A stretch of DNA of 64,000 nt, taken from assembly GCA_965207065.1 (NCBI GenBank), contig OZ242260.1, positions 3,840,001-3,904,000 on the forward strand, written 5' to 3'. Below the pieces are notes generated by a model that was not told the DNA's origin, did not search any database, and saw only the letters and a list, made by a program, of their open reading frames with translations. This document shows positions 1 to 8,771 of the stretch, piece after piece (within the stretch, counting starts at the first letter, position 1; each line of letters opens with the position of its first letter). Source of the stretch: a bacterium. GTDB taxonomy: Bacteria > UBA8248. The position numbers and the translations under genes are program-made.

Positions 1-39
1 CCAAAATAGCAGCACGGACTGTTCGAGAGGAGATCACTC

Positions 40-780
40 ATGAAGAAGTGGCGCTCATTCCCGGTTCTCGTCGGTTTTCTCTTCTCTATCCTGCTTACCG
101 CCACGTTCCTGTACCCCACCGGAACCGACGCCTTCGATCGGGATTCCAAATGGGATACCGTCTATTCGAAGGGCAGCCGGCTCTACCTGACACACTGCGC
201 GGCCTGCCACGGTAAAAACGGCAAAGGAGGCGTGGGTCTCCCCCTGAACCTGCAAAGCTTCCTGTCCGTCGCGCCCGAAGGGTACATCCGCCGCTCCATC
301 TTCTACGGGCGCTTGCCGCGCCAGATGATCCCATACGGGACTTTCCTGAAAAAAGAAGACATTGAAGCCATCGCGACCTACGTGCGCAGCTGGCAGCTCC
401 GCGACTACGCAGGGATCGATCAAAAGCGGGTGGCGGGCTCCGTTTCCCGCGGAAAACTCTTCTTCGACGGGATGTGCTCCGGCTGCCACGGGCGGGACGG
501 CCTCGGCGGCCCCCAGGTGGGCGGAGGGCACGTGACGAACGCCATGGCGGGCTACGCGGGACCCGCATTGAACAACCAGGGTTTTCTCAAATCCGCCACC
601 GACGGCTACATCAAGGCGACGATGATGCAGGGCCGGGTCGGTACGCCGATGGGCGCCTACCTCAAGGGAAAGCAGGGGATGGTGGAGCTGACCGAGGAAG
701 AGATTAACGACATCGTCGCCTACATCCGCACCTGGGAAAAACGCGATTCGGGACTCGTAGACCCCTGGAGGGACAAGTGA
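40..780 (+). CDS. Diheme c-type cytochrome (CcoP/c4-like), N-terminal signal or anchor
   Basis: Two CxxCH motifs (CAACH, CSGCH), each followed by a distal Met (QMIPY, PMGAY); hydrophobic N-terminus; GAGGAG RBS; GTGA overlap with next gene. Confidence 0.9.
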   Translation: MKKWRSFPVLVGFLFSILLTATFLYPTGTDAFDRDSKWDTVYSKGSRLYLTHCAACHGKNGKGGVGLPLNLQSFLSVAPEGYIRRSIFYGRLPRQMIPYGTFLKKEDIEAIATYVRSWQLRDYAGIDQKRVAGSVSRGKLFFDGMCSGCHGRDGLGGPQVGGGHVTNAMAGYAGPALNNQGFLKSATDGYIKATMMQGRVGTPMGAYLKGKQGMVELTEEEINDIVAYIRTWEKRDSGLVDPWRDK

Positions 781-3416
781 TGCCGAAATTCAATCGCCGT
801 GCGTTTCTGCAGTCGTCCACCGCGCTGGCCACCGGACTCGCCATGGGCGGGAGCCTGACCCGCGACAAGGAGCTGTTCCAGCTCGTCGGAGAAGCGGAAG
901 GCGCCCAGGACACGCGGAAGCTGGTCCCCACGCAATGCCCCTACTGCGGCGTGGGCTGCCACACCTACTACGTCGTCGAGAACGAGAAGATCGTGGCGTG
1001 CATCCCGGACAAGGACTCTCCGGTCAACCTGGGTCTGCAGTGCATCAAGGGCCTCACGGCAGCGGAGTCCCTCTACGTCGACCGGCTGGAGGAGGTGCTC
1101 ATCCGCAAGGACATGTCCAACCCGCTGACCGGGCACGTCTCGAAGACGAAGGGGCGCTTCGATGACGATGTCTTCCGGGTCGGCACGTGGGAAGAAGGCA
1201 TGGAGATCGTCTCCAACATGGTCGCCGGTGTCGTGAAGAAGTATGGGGGAAACTCCGTCGGGGTCTACCAGTCCGGCCAGTTGACCATGGAGGAGCAATG
1301 GCTGGACAACATCTTCTACAAGGGCGTCCTCCAGTCGAACAGCATCGAGGCCAACGCCCGGATGTGCATGACCTCCGCCGTGACGGGCTACATTCACAGC
1401 CTCGGGAGCGACCATCCGCCGGGGAACTATTCCGATATCGAGGATGCCGACTTCATCAACCACTGGGGCCATAACGCGCGCGGGTCGCACCCCGTCCTGT
1501 TCTGGCGCGTGGCGGCCACCAAGGAGAAGCGCAACATCCCGACCATGGTGGTCGACCCGCGCTACACCGGAACCATGGACGGCTACGCCCAGATCAACCC
1601 CAACAACAGCCTCTCGATCACCCTCCGCCCCAACGGCGATCTTTCCCTTCAGAACGCCATCGCCCACGTCCTGATGAAGGAGTTCCCCCAGGCCGTGGAC
1701 GAGGCCTTCATCCGGCAGCACACGGACGGGTTCGACGACTACCGGGCGGGCATCATGGCCCGCTACAGCCCGGAGCAGGTCATCGACCGGACGGGTATCG
1801 CCCCCTCCGTGGTCAGGCGCATCGCCTCGATCTGGGCGGACGCCACACTGAAGGGGAAGCGGCGCAAGAAAGGCGGCGTCCTCTCCTTCTGGGGGATCGG
1901 TTACAACCAGTCGCTCCACGGGCAGCACCGCAACATCAACATCATCAACCTCCATCTGCTGACCGGGAACATCGGCAGGCCGGGCGCCGGCCCGTTCTCC
2001 ATGACGGGGCAGCCCAACGCCATGAGCGAGCGCCTCATGGGCGGCCTGACCGGACGGCTCCCGTTCAACGAGGGCATCAAGAACGCGGCGCACCGCCGGA
2101 AGATAAACGAGGCATGGGGCCTCCCTCCGGGACGGCTCGACGTCACCGCCGAAGCCCCGAACAAGGGCATGACCATCGGCATGTTCGAGCGCGCCCTGAA
2201 GGGAGACATCAAGATAATGCAGTTCGCCTACGCCACCCACGTGGACCTGCCGGAGGTGGAGACCCTCATCCGGCCCGCCATCACCAAGACGTTCACCTAC
2301 ATGGTCGAGGCCTACCGGCACGCCCCGAACCTGCTCTACGGCGACGTCATCTTCCCCGCCGCCACCCACGGCGAGAAATGGGGGGTGTACCAGAACAGCG
2401 AGCGAAAGATGTACGTCACGGACAAGGCCATGGAGCCGCCCAAAAACTGCAGGCCCGACCTGGACGTCATCATCGACGAGGGCAAGTCCATCGCCACGAA
2501 GCTCGGCCTGGATGCGGAGAAGATATTCCCCTACAAGCGGAAGGCGGACGGTTACTATGACCCCGAAGAGGTCTACCGGGACATATGCCGGGCCAGCAAG
2601 GGATCGGATGCGGATTTGACGGGCATCCTGGAGGTGGAAAAGCGGGACAAGCTCTCTCCCTACGAGCAACTCCGCAAGCGCAAGGGAATCTTCTATCCCG
2701 CCCCCACGTATGAGATCGCCAGAGAGGGAGGGGTCGCGCGCAAGTACATGGCGCAGGAGAAGGGCTGGAAGGACAAGCCCTACAGCGCGTTCCGGCGCAA
2801 GGACGGCAAGGCGAAGTTCAAGCTCACCGAGCAGGACTATTCGCGCGCCAAGGAGCTGACGGACATCTTCGCCAAAGCGGGCAAAGACCCGGATTTCTTC
2901 GCCATGGACCATTACGACGTGCTGGTCGAGATGCGCGACAACGGGCTGACGCCGGAACTCCCGGACTTCGACTACTACGGAAAATCCATGGCGGAGATCA
3001 AGCAGGCCGACAAGTACCCCTTCTGGCTGAACCTGGGCGTCGTCTTCGAGCACTTCCACACCACCAAGACGATACGGGCGGCCACCACACGGCGTCTGGT
3101 GCCGGAGCAGTATCTCGAAATGAATCCCCGCGACGCGCGCCGACTGGGGATCGAGGACGGGGAATGGGTCCGGGTCGTGACGCCTCGGGGCAGCTACGAG
3201 GCGCGGGCCAGCATCGGCACGAAGAGCAAGGTCAAGCCCGCGCGCAACAAGGTCATGCCGGGGCAGGTGTTCTCCCCGTGGAACCTTTCCGTCGCGGACA
3301 GCGCCGACCCGAAGAAGAACCGGTGGCTGGTCAACGCGGTCACGCACCGGGCTTTCGATCCGGTATCCGGCCAGGCGGACTTCAAGCACGTAAAAGCGAG
3401 GATCGAGAAGATATAG
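777..3416 (+). CDS. Tat-exported molybdopterin oxidoreductase, nitrate reductase (NapA/NarB) family catalytic subunit
   Basis: Twin-arginine NRRAFLQ; 4Fe-4S motif CPYCGVGC...CIKG; Mo-ligand motif NARMCMTSAV; GQPNAM loop; C-terminal bis-MGD domain ending DPVSGQADFK. Confidence 0.85.
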   Translation: MMPKFNRRAFLQSSTALATGLAMGGSLTRDKELFQLVGEAEGAQDTRKLVPTQCPYCGVGCHTYYVVENEKIVACIPDKDSPVNLGLQCIKGLTAAESLYVDRLEEVLIRKDMSNPLTGHVSKTKGRFDDDVFRVGTWEEGMEIVSNMVAGVVKKYGGNSVGVYQSGQLTMEEQWLDNIFYKGVLQSNSIEANARMCMTSAVTGYIHSLGSDHPPGNYSDIEDADFINHWGHNARGSHPVLFWRVAATKEKRNIPTMVVDPRYTGTMDGYAQINPNNSLSITLRPNGDLSLQNAIAHVLMKEFPQAVDEAFIRQHTDGFDDYRAGIMARYSPEQVIDRTGIAPSVVRRIASIWADATLKGKRRKKGGVLSFWGIGYNQSLHGQHRNINIINLHLLTGNIGRPGAGPFSMTGQPNAMSERLMGGLTGRLPFNEGIKNAAHRRKINEAWGLPPGRLDVTAEAPNKGMTIGMFERALKGDIKIMQFAYATHVDLPEVETLIRPAITKTFTYMVEAYRHAPNLLYGDVIFPAATHGEKWGVYQNSERKMYVTDKAMEPPKNCRPDLDVIIDEGKSIATKLGLDAEKIFPYKRKADGYYDPEEVYRDICRASKGSDADLTGILEVEKRDKLSPYEQLRKRKGIFYPAPTYEIAREGGVARKYMAQEKGWKDKPYSAFRRKDGKAKFKLTEQDYSRAKELTDIFAKAGKDPDFFAMDHYDVLVEMRDNGLTPELPDFDYYGKSMAEIKQADKYPFWLNLGVVFEHFHTTKTIRAATTRRLVPEQYLEMNPRDARRLGIEDGEWVRVVTPRGSYEARASIGTKSKVKPARNKVMPGQVFSPWNLSVADSADPKKNRWLVNAVTHRAFDPVSGQADFKHVKARIEKI

Positions 3417-3500
3417 TTCCTCGATGAACCGAGAGGGACGGGCAGGGAGTTCTCCCCTTCCCCGTCTCGCAGGACCAGGAGGTTTTGGGGAGGCGGGAGA

Positions 3501-4091
3501 ATGGGCCTGAACAGACGGAGGTTCCTGCTCGCGGGGGCGGCGGCGCTCACCGGCGTCGCTTCCCTGCTCGCGACCGGACGAAGGAGTTTCGCGAGGGCCG
3601 GGGCGCGTTTTCGTCGCCTCCTCCGGCCGCCCGGCGCGCTGAGCGAGCAGGAGTTCCTCGATCAGTGCATCCGCTGCGCGAGGTGCGCCGCCGTCTGCCC
3701 GAACACCGCCATTCAGATGACCGGGTTCGGGGAGGGGCTCCGGAACCTCAACACCCCCTACATCGTCCCCCGCGAACAGGCCTGCATGCTCTGCATGAAG
3801 TGCACCGAAGTCTGCCCGACGGGCGCCTTGACCCGAATCTCCGCAGACGATGACGCCGTCCTCACGCAGGTCAAGATGGGACGCGCGGTGGTGGATCGCT
3901 CCATGTGCTTCTCCTACCAGGGGCGCACCTGCGGGGTGTGCATTCGCGCATGCCCCTTTCCCGGGGTGGCCATGAAGACCGGAATGTACGAGCAGCCCAT
4001 CGTGACGGACGCCTGCGTGGGCTGCGGGCTATGCGAGCGCGCCTGCATCCACGTGCCCCAGGCGATCCGCATCGTCCCGGTGGAGTCCTGA
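3501..4091 (+). CDS. napG: NapG/MauM-like polyferredoxin
   Basis: Tat motif NRRRFLL; LRPPGA motif; four Cys clusters (CIRCARCAAVCP, CMLCMKCTEVCP, CGVCIRACP, CVGCGLCERAC). Confidence 0.8.
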   Translation: MGLNRRRFLLAGAAALTGVASLLATGRRSFARAGARFRRLLRPPGALSEQEFLDQCIRCARCAAVCPNTAIQMTGFGEGLRNLNTPYIVPREQACMLCMKCTEVCPTGALTRISADDDAVLTQVKMGRAVVDRSMCFSYQGRTCGVCIRACPFPGVAMKTGMYEQPIVTDACVGCGLCERACIHVPQAIRIVPVES

Positions 4092-4095
4092 TACC

Positions 4096-5619
4096 GTGGT
4101 CGCCTGGCTCAGAAGAGCGATCCAGCTGGGGGCGCTCGGCCTGCTCCTGGCCGTGCCCGCCCTCAATTACGGGGGGATCCTCTACCAGCAGTACGGCAAG
4201 AACGGCTACCACAAGATATCCCTGACGGGGACCGTTTTCGAGCAATGGCTCTACCACCTGTTTTCTGTCACGGTCGGGCGCCTGGCGGACCCCGCCGTCC
4301 GCTCGATGGACTGGGTGGGAAATTTCGGGTCGTTCTCCGTGTTCGGGTTCCCGATTCTCGATCCGGCCGTTGCGGCGGAGACCGTGCTGCGGACCCCGGT
4401 CGTCTGGCCGGCTCTCCTGGCGGGGGCCGCGCTCCCGTTTCTCGTGGCCGTCGTCCTCGGGCGGGTCTTCTGCGGGTGGGTCTGCCCGGTCAACACGCTT
4501 CTCGAGGGATTCGACCTCCTGAGACGGCGCGCGCTGCCGAAGATCGGGGTCCGTCCGCCGGACTTCAAAGTCCCCCGGTGGGCCAAGTGGGTATTGCTCT
4601 TCGCCGGGCTGGGCGCGGCAATCGCCTTCGACATCGCCCTGTGGGCGAACCTCCTCCCCCACGTTCAGATCGGGAGGGACGTGTTCTCTCTGATGGTATT
4701 CGGCGTCACCAACGGCGGCGTCCTGATCTTCTCAGGCGTCATCCTGGCGGAACTGCTCCTCTCCCGCCGGGCCTGGTGCCGCTCCCTCTGCCCGACCGGC
4801 GCGCTGCTGGGATTCTTCGGCTCGCTGGCGCCCTTCCGGGTGCGCAAGGCCGAGCGCGCCTGCATCGACGGCTGCACGGCCTGTGCGCGAGCCTGCCCGA
4901 TGGGAGTCAACCCGGCGGAGCCGTTCTCCCTGGCCGAATGCTACAACTGCGGGGTCTGTACGACCGCGTGCCCCGCAGACCTCCTGACCCTGGGAATCCC
5001 CCCTTCCCCGAGACGCTTCCCGGCCACCCTGCTCTCGCGCCTGAAAAAAGGCGTCTCCCTGGGGTTGGGGCTGGCGTTGCTCCTGGTTCCGCTCGCCGCT
5101 TCGGCCCACCACATGCGGGGAAAGCCCCATTACGGCTATGCGGAGAATTACCCCCAGATCCCCACACGCGAGACGCGCGTCCGGGTCGGCCGATATGACA
5201 TCACCGTGGTGAGCTATTTTTTTGAGGGGCTGCGCCGGCAGACATCGGACACGCCGGACGACGTGCAGTTCTACGTCAGCCTCACGGACGCCAAGACCGG
5301 ACAAAGCTACACCGGTCCCCTGACCATCGAGGTGCGCCGGGGGAAGACCCGGCTTGCGGTCTTCCAGCACGACCGGCCTTTCGAGGAAGCCGTATACCGG
5401 GTCCGCCAGTCGGTGCCGGGAACGGGGCTTTACGACTTGAGGCTCGTCGCCGAGGGGTTTCAGGGGTCCGTCCCGGTCGACGTCCGGGGCGACAGCGTCT
5501 CCTGGATGCCGTACGCGGCGTCGGGCGGGGTCGTACTGTTCGTCCTGCTCCTCTTTATCCACCGCAGGCGCGCCCGCGCGTCCCGCCGGAGGAAGACCCA
5601 TGCGGCATCCGGCGCGTAA
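4096..5619 (+). CDS. napH: NapH/MauN-like membrane ferredoxin fused to a C-terminal exported domain
   Basis: TM helices, GRVFCGWVCP and AWCRSLCP motifs, two 4Fe-4S motifs, then about 200 extra residues. Confidence 0.8.
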   Translation: MVAWLRRAIQLGALGLLLAVPALNYGGILYQQYGKNGYHKISLTGTVFEQWLYHLFSVTVGRLADPAVRSMDWVGNFGSFSVFGFPILDPAVAAETVLRTPVVWPALLAGAALPFLVAVVLGRVFCGWVCPVNTLLEGFDLLRRRALPKIGVRPPDFKVPRWAKWVLLFAGLGAAIAFDIALWANLLPHVQIGRDVFSLMVFGVTNGGVLIFSGVILAELLLSRRAWCRSLCPTGALLGFFGSLAPFRVRKAERACIDGCTACARACPMGVNPAEPFSLAECYNCGVCTTACPADLLTLGIPPSPRRFPATLLSRLKKGVSLGLGLALLLVPLAASAHHMRGKPHYGYAENYPQIPTRETRVRVGRYDITVVSYFFEGLRRQTSDTPDDVQFYVSLTDAKTGQSYTGPLTIEVRRGKTRLAVFQHDRPFEEAVYRVRQSVPGTGLYDLRLVAEGFQGSVPVDVRGDSVSWMPYAASGGVVLFVLLLFIHRRRARASRRRKTHAASGA

Positions 5620-5692
5620 GACAACCCGGACCCTCGTCTTTCTCCCGGCGCCGGCGACGCCTGCCCGGCGGCCGGCCTGAGGCTGCGAGAAG

Positions 5693-6268
5693 ATGCCGAT
5701 AGAATTCGACCGGCGGGCTTTCCTGCAAAGGGGGCCTTTCGCATTTATCCAGGCGGTTCTCTCCGAATCTTCCGCCGGTAACGCCGATACGCCCCGCCCC
5801 CCGCTCCGGCCCCCGGGCGCAGCGCCGGAGGAGGAATTCCTGGAGCTTTGCTGCGGCGTCGGCGCATGCGCGGAGGTCTGCCCGGCCGACGCCATCCGGT
5901 TGGTCCCCAGAGAGGGGGATTCGGGAACCCGCCACCCGGTCATCGTCCCCCAGGAGGCCGCCTGCATCGTCTGTGAGGACCTCGCCTGCATGAAGGCCTG
6001 CCCGAGCGGCGCCCTCTCCCTGGTGTCAGTTGAGGAGATCCGTATCGGGCGCGCGCAGGTGAGTCCCGACCGCTGCCTCGCGTGGAGCGGGACGGACCCG
6101 GGGTGCGATTACTGCGTGGACCGGTGCCCCCTCGGGTCAGAAGCCATCCGCCTCGAGCGCGCAGGAGGAGTGCGCGGCCCCGTGGTCGAGAAAGGGTGCG
6201 TCGGGTGCGGCGTATGCGAGTATTTCTGCCCGACGCAGCCCTCCGCCATCCGGGTGTATCCCTGCTGA
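5693..6268 (+). CDS. Second NapG/NapF-like 4Fe-4S ferredoxin
   Basis: DRRAFLQ, LRPPGA, CIVCEDLACMKACP, CDYCVDRCP, CVGCGVCEYFCP. Confidence 0.8.
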   Translation: MPIEFDRRAFLQRGPFAFIQAVLSESSAGNADTPRPPLRPPGAAPEEEFLELCCGVGACAEVCPADAIRLVPREGDSGTRHPVIVPQEAACIVCEDLACMKACPSGALSLVSVEEIRIGRAQVSPDRCLAWSGTDPGCDYCVDRCPLGSEAIRLERAGGVRGPVVEKGCVGCGVCEYFCPTQPSAIRVYPC

Positions 6269-6341
6269 TCCCCGCCGGAAAAGCTGCAAACACTCGCTCT
6301 TCGCTCGCGTCAAACGCTCCCTCACTGGTGTCGGAGTTGTC

Positions 6342-6404
6342 CCACAGGTCGCGACTTCGGACAGGCACGGGGGCCTCGGACAGGCGCGGGGGCCTGTCCG
6401 CTAC
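6342..6404 (-). repeat. GTAG-type REP-like palindrome, copy A (with a partial internal duplication)
   Basis: ccacaggtcgcgacttcggacaggcacgggggcct...gtccgctac, repeated at 6691-6734; minus strand reads GTAG followed by a CGGACAGGC/GCCTGTCCG hairpin. Confidence 0.75.
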
Positions 6405-6420
6405 GGTACTCGCTTTTGAT

Positions 6421-6563
6421 CGTCATTCCGGCGCATGCCGGAATCCAGGTACTTTGCCTTTGTTTCTTTATTTCTTCTGCATTCCCGCCAGTGAATGGGG
6501 GATGAAAAACCGGAGCGACGCCATTCTCCTCGGCTCTGGATTCCGGCTTTCGCCGGAATGACG
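6421..6563. repeat. Inverted pair of CGTC-type REP-like palindromes
   Basis: cgtcattccggcgcatgccggaatccag (6421-6448) and ctggattccggctttcgccggaatgacg (6536-6563) are near-perfect reverse complements, each self-palindromic. Confidence 0.8.
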
Positions 6564-6603
6564 GTGGTTTTCCTGCATCGAGGGGGTTTTCAACAACCCT
6601 GAC

Positions 6604-6742
6604 AAGGGGGTGTGTTTTTTTAGCGGACAGGCGAGGAAGCCGAAATCATATCCCCGTTCCCCGTAGTGACAGCCCCTGCTCGGGGCTGTTCCACAGGTCG
6701 CGACTTCGGACAGGCACGGGGGCCTGTCCGCTACACCCCCTT
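6604..6742. repeat. REPIN/MITE-like unit containing REP copy B
   Basis: Terminal inverted segments aagggggtgt/acaccccctt and tagcggacaggc/gcctgtccgcta; internal GTAG plus acagcccc/ggggctgt hairpin. Confidence 0.65.
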
Positions 6743-6835
6743 CTTCCGGGGGGCATCGCCGACCGACGCGCATGGAGGCATCCCTCCCCCTGCAAGCAAT
6801 CAGACATTCCCTCTATGGGGGCGGCCGTAAGCTGC

Positions 6836-6990
6836 GCGCATTTGCCCGCATTTGCGGCGGCGGGCGGCGAGAGGTTCGGGGGTATCCTGAGAGGTTGGCC
6901 TGACGTGCGGCTCCCCTTCCCGGGATGGGCCGGCTTCGTTTTCCGGCAGGAACCGCCCGCGCATTTCCGCGCATTTGCGGCGGCGCGCGG
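6836..6990. repeat. Imperfect 32-bp direct repeat, two copies 123 bp apart
   Basis: gcgcatttgcccgcatttgcggcggcgggcgg (6836) versus gcgcatttccgcgcatttgcggcggcgcgcgg (6959). Confidence 0.6.
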
Positions 6991-7263
6991 AGCGGCGCGT
7001 GCGGGTATGATGGCGGAGCGGCTCGGCGCGTTCAAAATTATGGAATTTCCGTAAATATAGATAAATTCACGGGGTAATTCAGTAAATTACTGAAAATTTT
7101 CAAGGGGAAATGCGGGAGGATGCGCCCGTGAAAACCGGTTCCGACGACCCGATCCGGCCGCCGCCATAACCAGGCGCGGGGGAATTCTGCCACGGCCCGC
7201 CAGGCCCGCGACAACGGCAAATGCGGGGAAACGCGCTTTTCCCGCCAAGACCTCCGGGTCGTC

Positions 7264-7292
7264 TTGACACCCACCGGCTGTGTTGGTAGGTT
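7264..7292 (+). promoter_or_regulatory. Sigma70-type promoter of the atp Fo operon
   Basis: TTGACA-N17-TAGGTT with TG extension, about 45 nt before the first atp ORF. Confidence 0.6.
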
Positions 7293-7333
7293 CCCGCCCG
7301 TAAATTCGTCGCCGCACTTCTCGTCCGGGGAGA

Positions 7334-7606
7334 ATGCAGGGCATGGCCTCCGATCCTCCTCCAGAGCCGGGCCGCGGACCACTAGCGAAGAAACCGGCCA
7401 GGGCGCGGGACAGGAAAATCCGCAAGGGCGTGCGGAACGTGCACCTCGCGGCACTGGGCTGGAACTTCGTGACGGCGCCGCTCGTAGGCGGCGGCATCGG
7501 GTATGTCATTGATCATTATGCCGGTACATATCCGTGGGCGATGGTAATCGGGTTGTTTCTGGGTTTTGTTTCCGCTTTTATCGATCTCATCAGAGGCGTC
7601 CGCTGA
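7334..7606 (+). CDS. AtpZ/AtpI (ATPase gene 1) family protein
   Basis: Two TM helices, GGGIGYVIDHYAGTYPW...GLFLG motif; first gene of atp operon; start may be 7343. Confidence 0.8.
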   Translation: MQGMASDPPPEPGRGPLAKKPARARDRKIRKGVRNVHLAALGWNFVTAPLVGGGIGYVIDHYAGTYPWAMVIGLFLGFVSAFIDLIRGVR

Positions 7607-8002
7607 ATGCGAAACCAAGACCCGCCGTCATCCATCCTCAGGAGCATATCGAACTCCGGCTGGCTGATTCTGGCTCTGATGAGCGCGGCGGGGCTGGTTC
7701 TCAAGGACGTTCCGACGGCCCTGGGCGTGGCGACAGGCGGGGCTTGCGGGCTTGGAAGTTTCCGGATGATGGATGTATACTTCGCCCGCATTTTTCAACA
7801 AAACGTCAGCCGCCCGAAATGGTGGCATCACGTTTTATACATATTGCGCTTTTTCGCCCTCATGGGCGTCGTAGCGCTCGCGATAGGCTGGGCAGGGCTT
7901 CCCGTCGTGAGCGTGGTGATAGGGTTGACCATTCCGCCGTTGGCCATATTCATTCACGGGGCTCGATACGCCCTGCGAATACAAGGATCTACAAGAGCAT
8001 AA
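7607..8002 (+). CDS. atpI: ATP synthase I-like membrane protein
   Basis: Four hydrophobic segments; directly upstream of atpB. Confidence 0.7.
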   Translation: MRNQDPPSSILRSISNSGWLILALMSAAGLVLKDVPTALGVATGGACGLGSFRMMDVYFARIFQQNVSRPKWWHHVLYILRFFALMGVVALAIGWAGLPVVSVVIGLTIPPLAIFIHGARYALRIQGSTRA

Positions 8003-8005
8003 CAC

Positions 8006-8725
8006 ATGGAAAAATTTCACCCGTTCCTGTATTTCGACATCTACCCGGGGCTCTCCGCCTATCCCAACATCGTGTACAGCTGGCTGGTGATGGTGTTCCT
8101 CATCGTGACCTCACTGCTCGTCACCAAAGCGCTGCAAAAGATACCCGTTGGCGGACAAAACCTCTTCGAGGCGATTTTCGACGGGTTTTCCGCCTTCATG
8201 GAAGGCCCCCTCGGCAATGAGGGGCGTCCCTTCTTCCCCCTCGTATTCACGCTGGGCACCTACATTTTCCTGTGCAACGTCATTGGAATCCTGCCCGGCT
8301 TCATGGCGCCGACGAGCAACCTGAACACCAACGTGGGTTGTGCGCTCACCGTGTTTTTCGCCACCCATTACGTGGGACTCAAGAGAAGCGGCATGGCGTA
8401 TCTCAAGCATTTCACGGGCCCCATCATGTGGCTGGCGCCGCTCATGATACCCATCGAGATTATCTCTCATCTGAGCCGTCCCCTTTCACTCACTTTGCGC
8501 CTTTTCGGGAACATCACGGGCGAGGAACTCGTACTCGGCGTTCTGATGCTGCTCTGCCTGCAGATTTTCCTGCCCGTTCCCTGGGCGATGCAGATGTTCG
8601 TCATTTTCGGAAGTTTCATTCAGGCCTTTGTTTTCACCCTCTTGACCATGATATATATCGCCGGGTCGCTTGAAGGACACGACCACGACGAGGAGCATGG
8701 CCATGAGGCCGCCCACGCTCATTAA
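8006..8725 (+). CDS. atpB: ATP synthase Fo subunit a
   Basis: SLTLRLFGNI with essential Arg; IQAFVFTLLTMIY; His-rich tail. Confidence 0.97.
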   Translation: MEKFHPFLYFDIYPGLSAYPNIVYSWLVMVFLIVTSLLVTKALQKIPVGGQNLFEAIFDGFSAFMEGPLGNEGRPFFPLVFTLGTYIFLCNVIGILPGFMAPTSNLNTNVGCALTVFFATHYVGLKRSGMAYLKHFTGPIMWLAPLMIPIEIISHLSRPLSLTLRLFGNITGEELVLGVLMLLCLQIFLPVPWAMQMFVIFGSFIQAFVFTLLTMIYIAGSLEGHDHDEEHGHEAAHAH

Positions 8726-8771
8726 CGATAACGGTTCATGTAGGAATCACTTCAACAAGGAGAAGCAAGGG

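Noticed and set aside
720-3389. 889-aa minus-strand ORF mirroring the molybdoenzyme
   Set aside because: Antisense shadow expected from strong G/C third-position bias; no motifs. The same applies to 11406-12905, 13890-14882, 56179-57492 and 61977-62942.
6580-6602. ggggttttcaacaaccctg resembling an IS terminal repeat
   Set aside because: No partner end or transposase in the window.
6340-7000. Possible CRISPR array
   Set aside because: Only two copies per repeat type, irregular spacing, no cas genes; better explained as REP-like elements.
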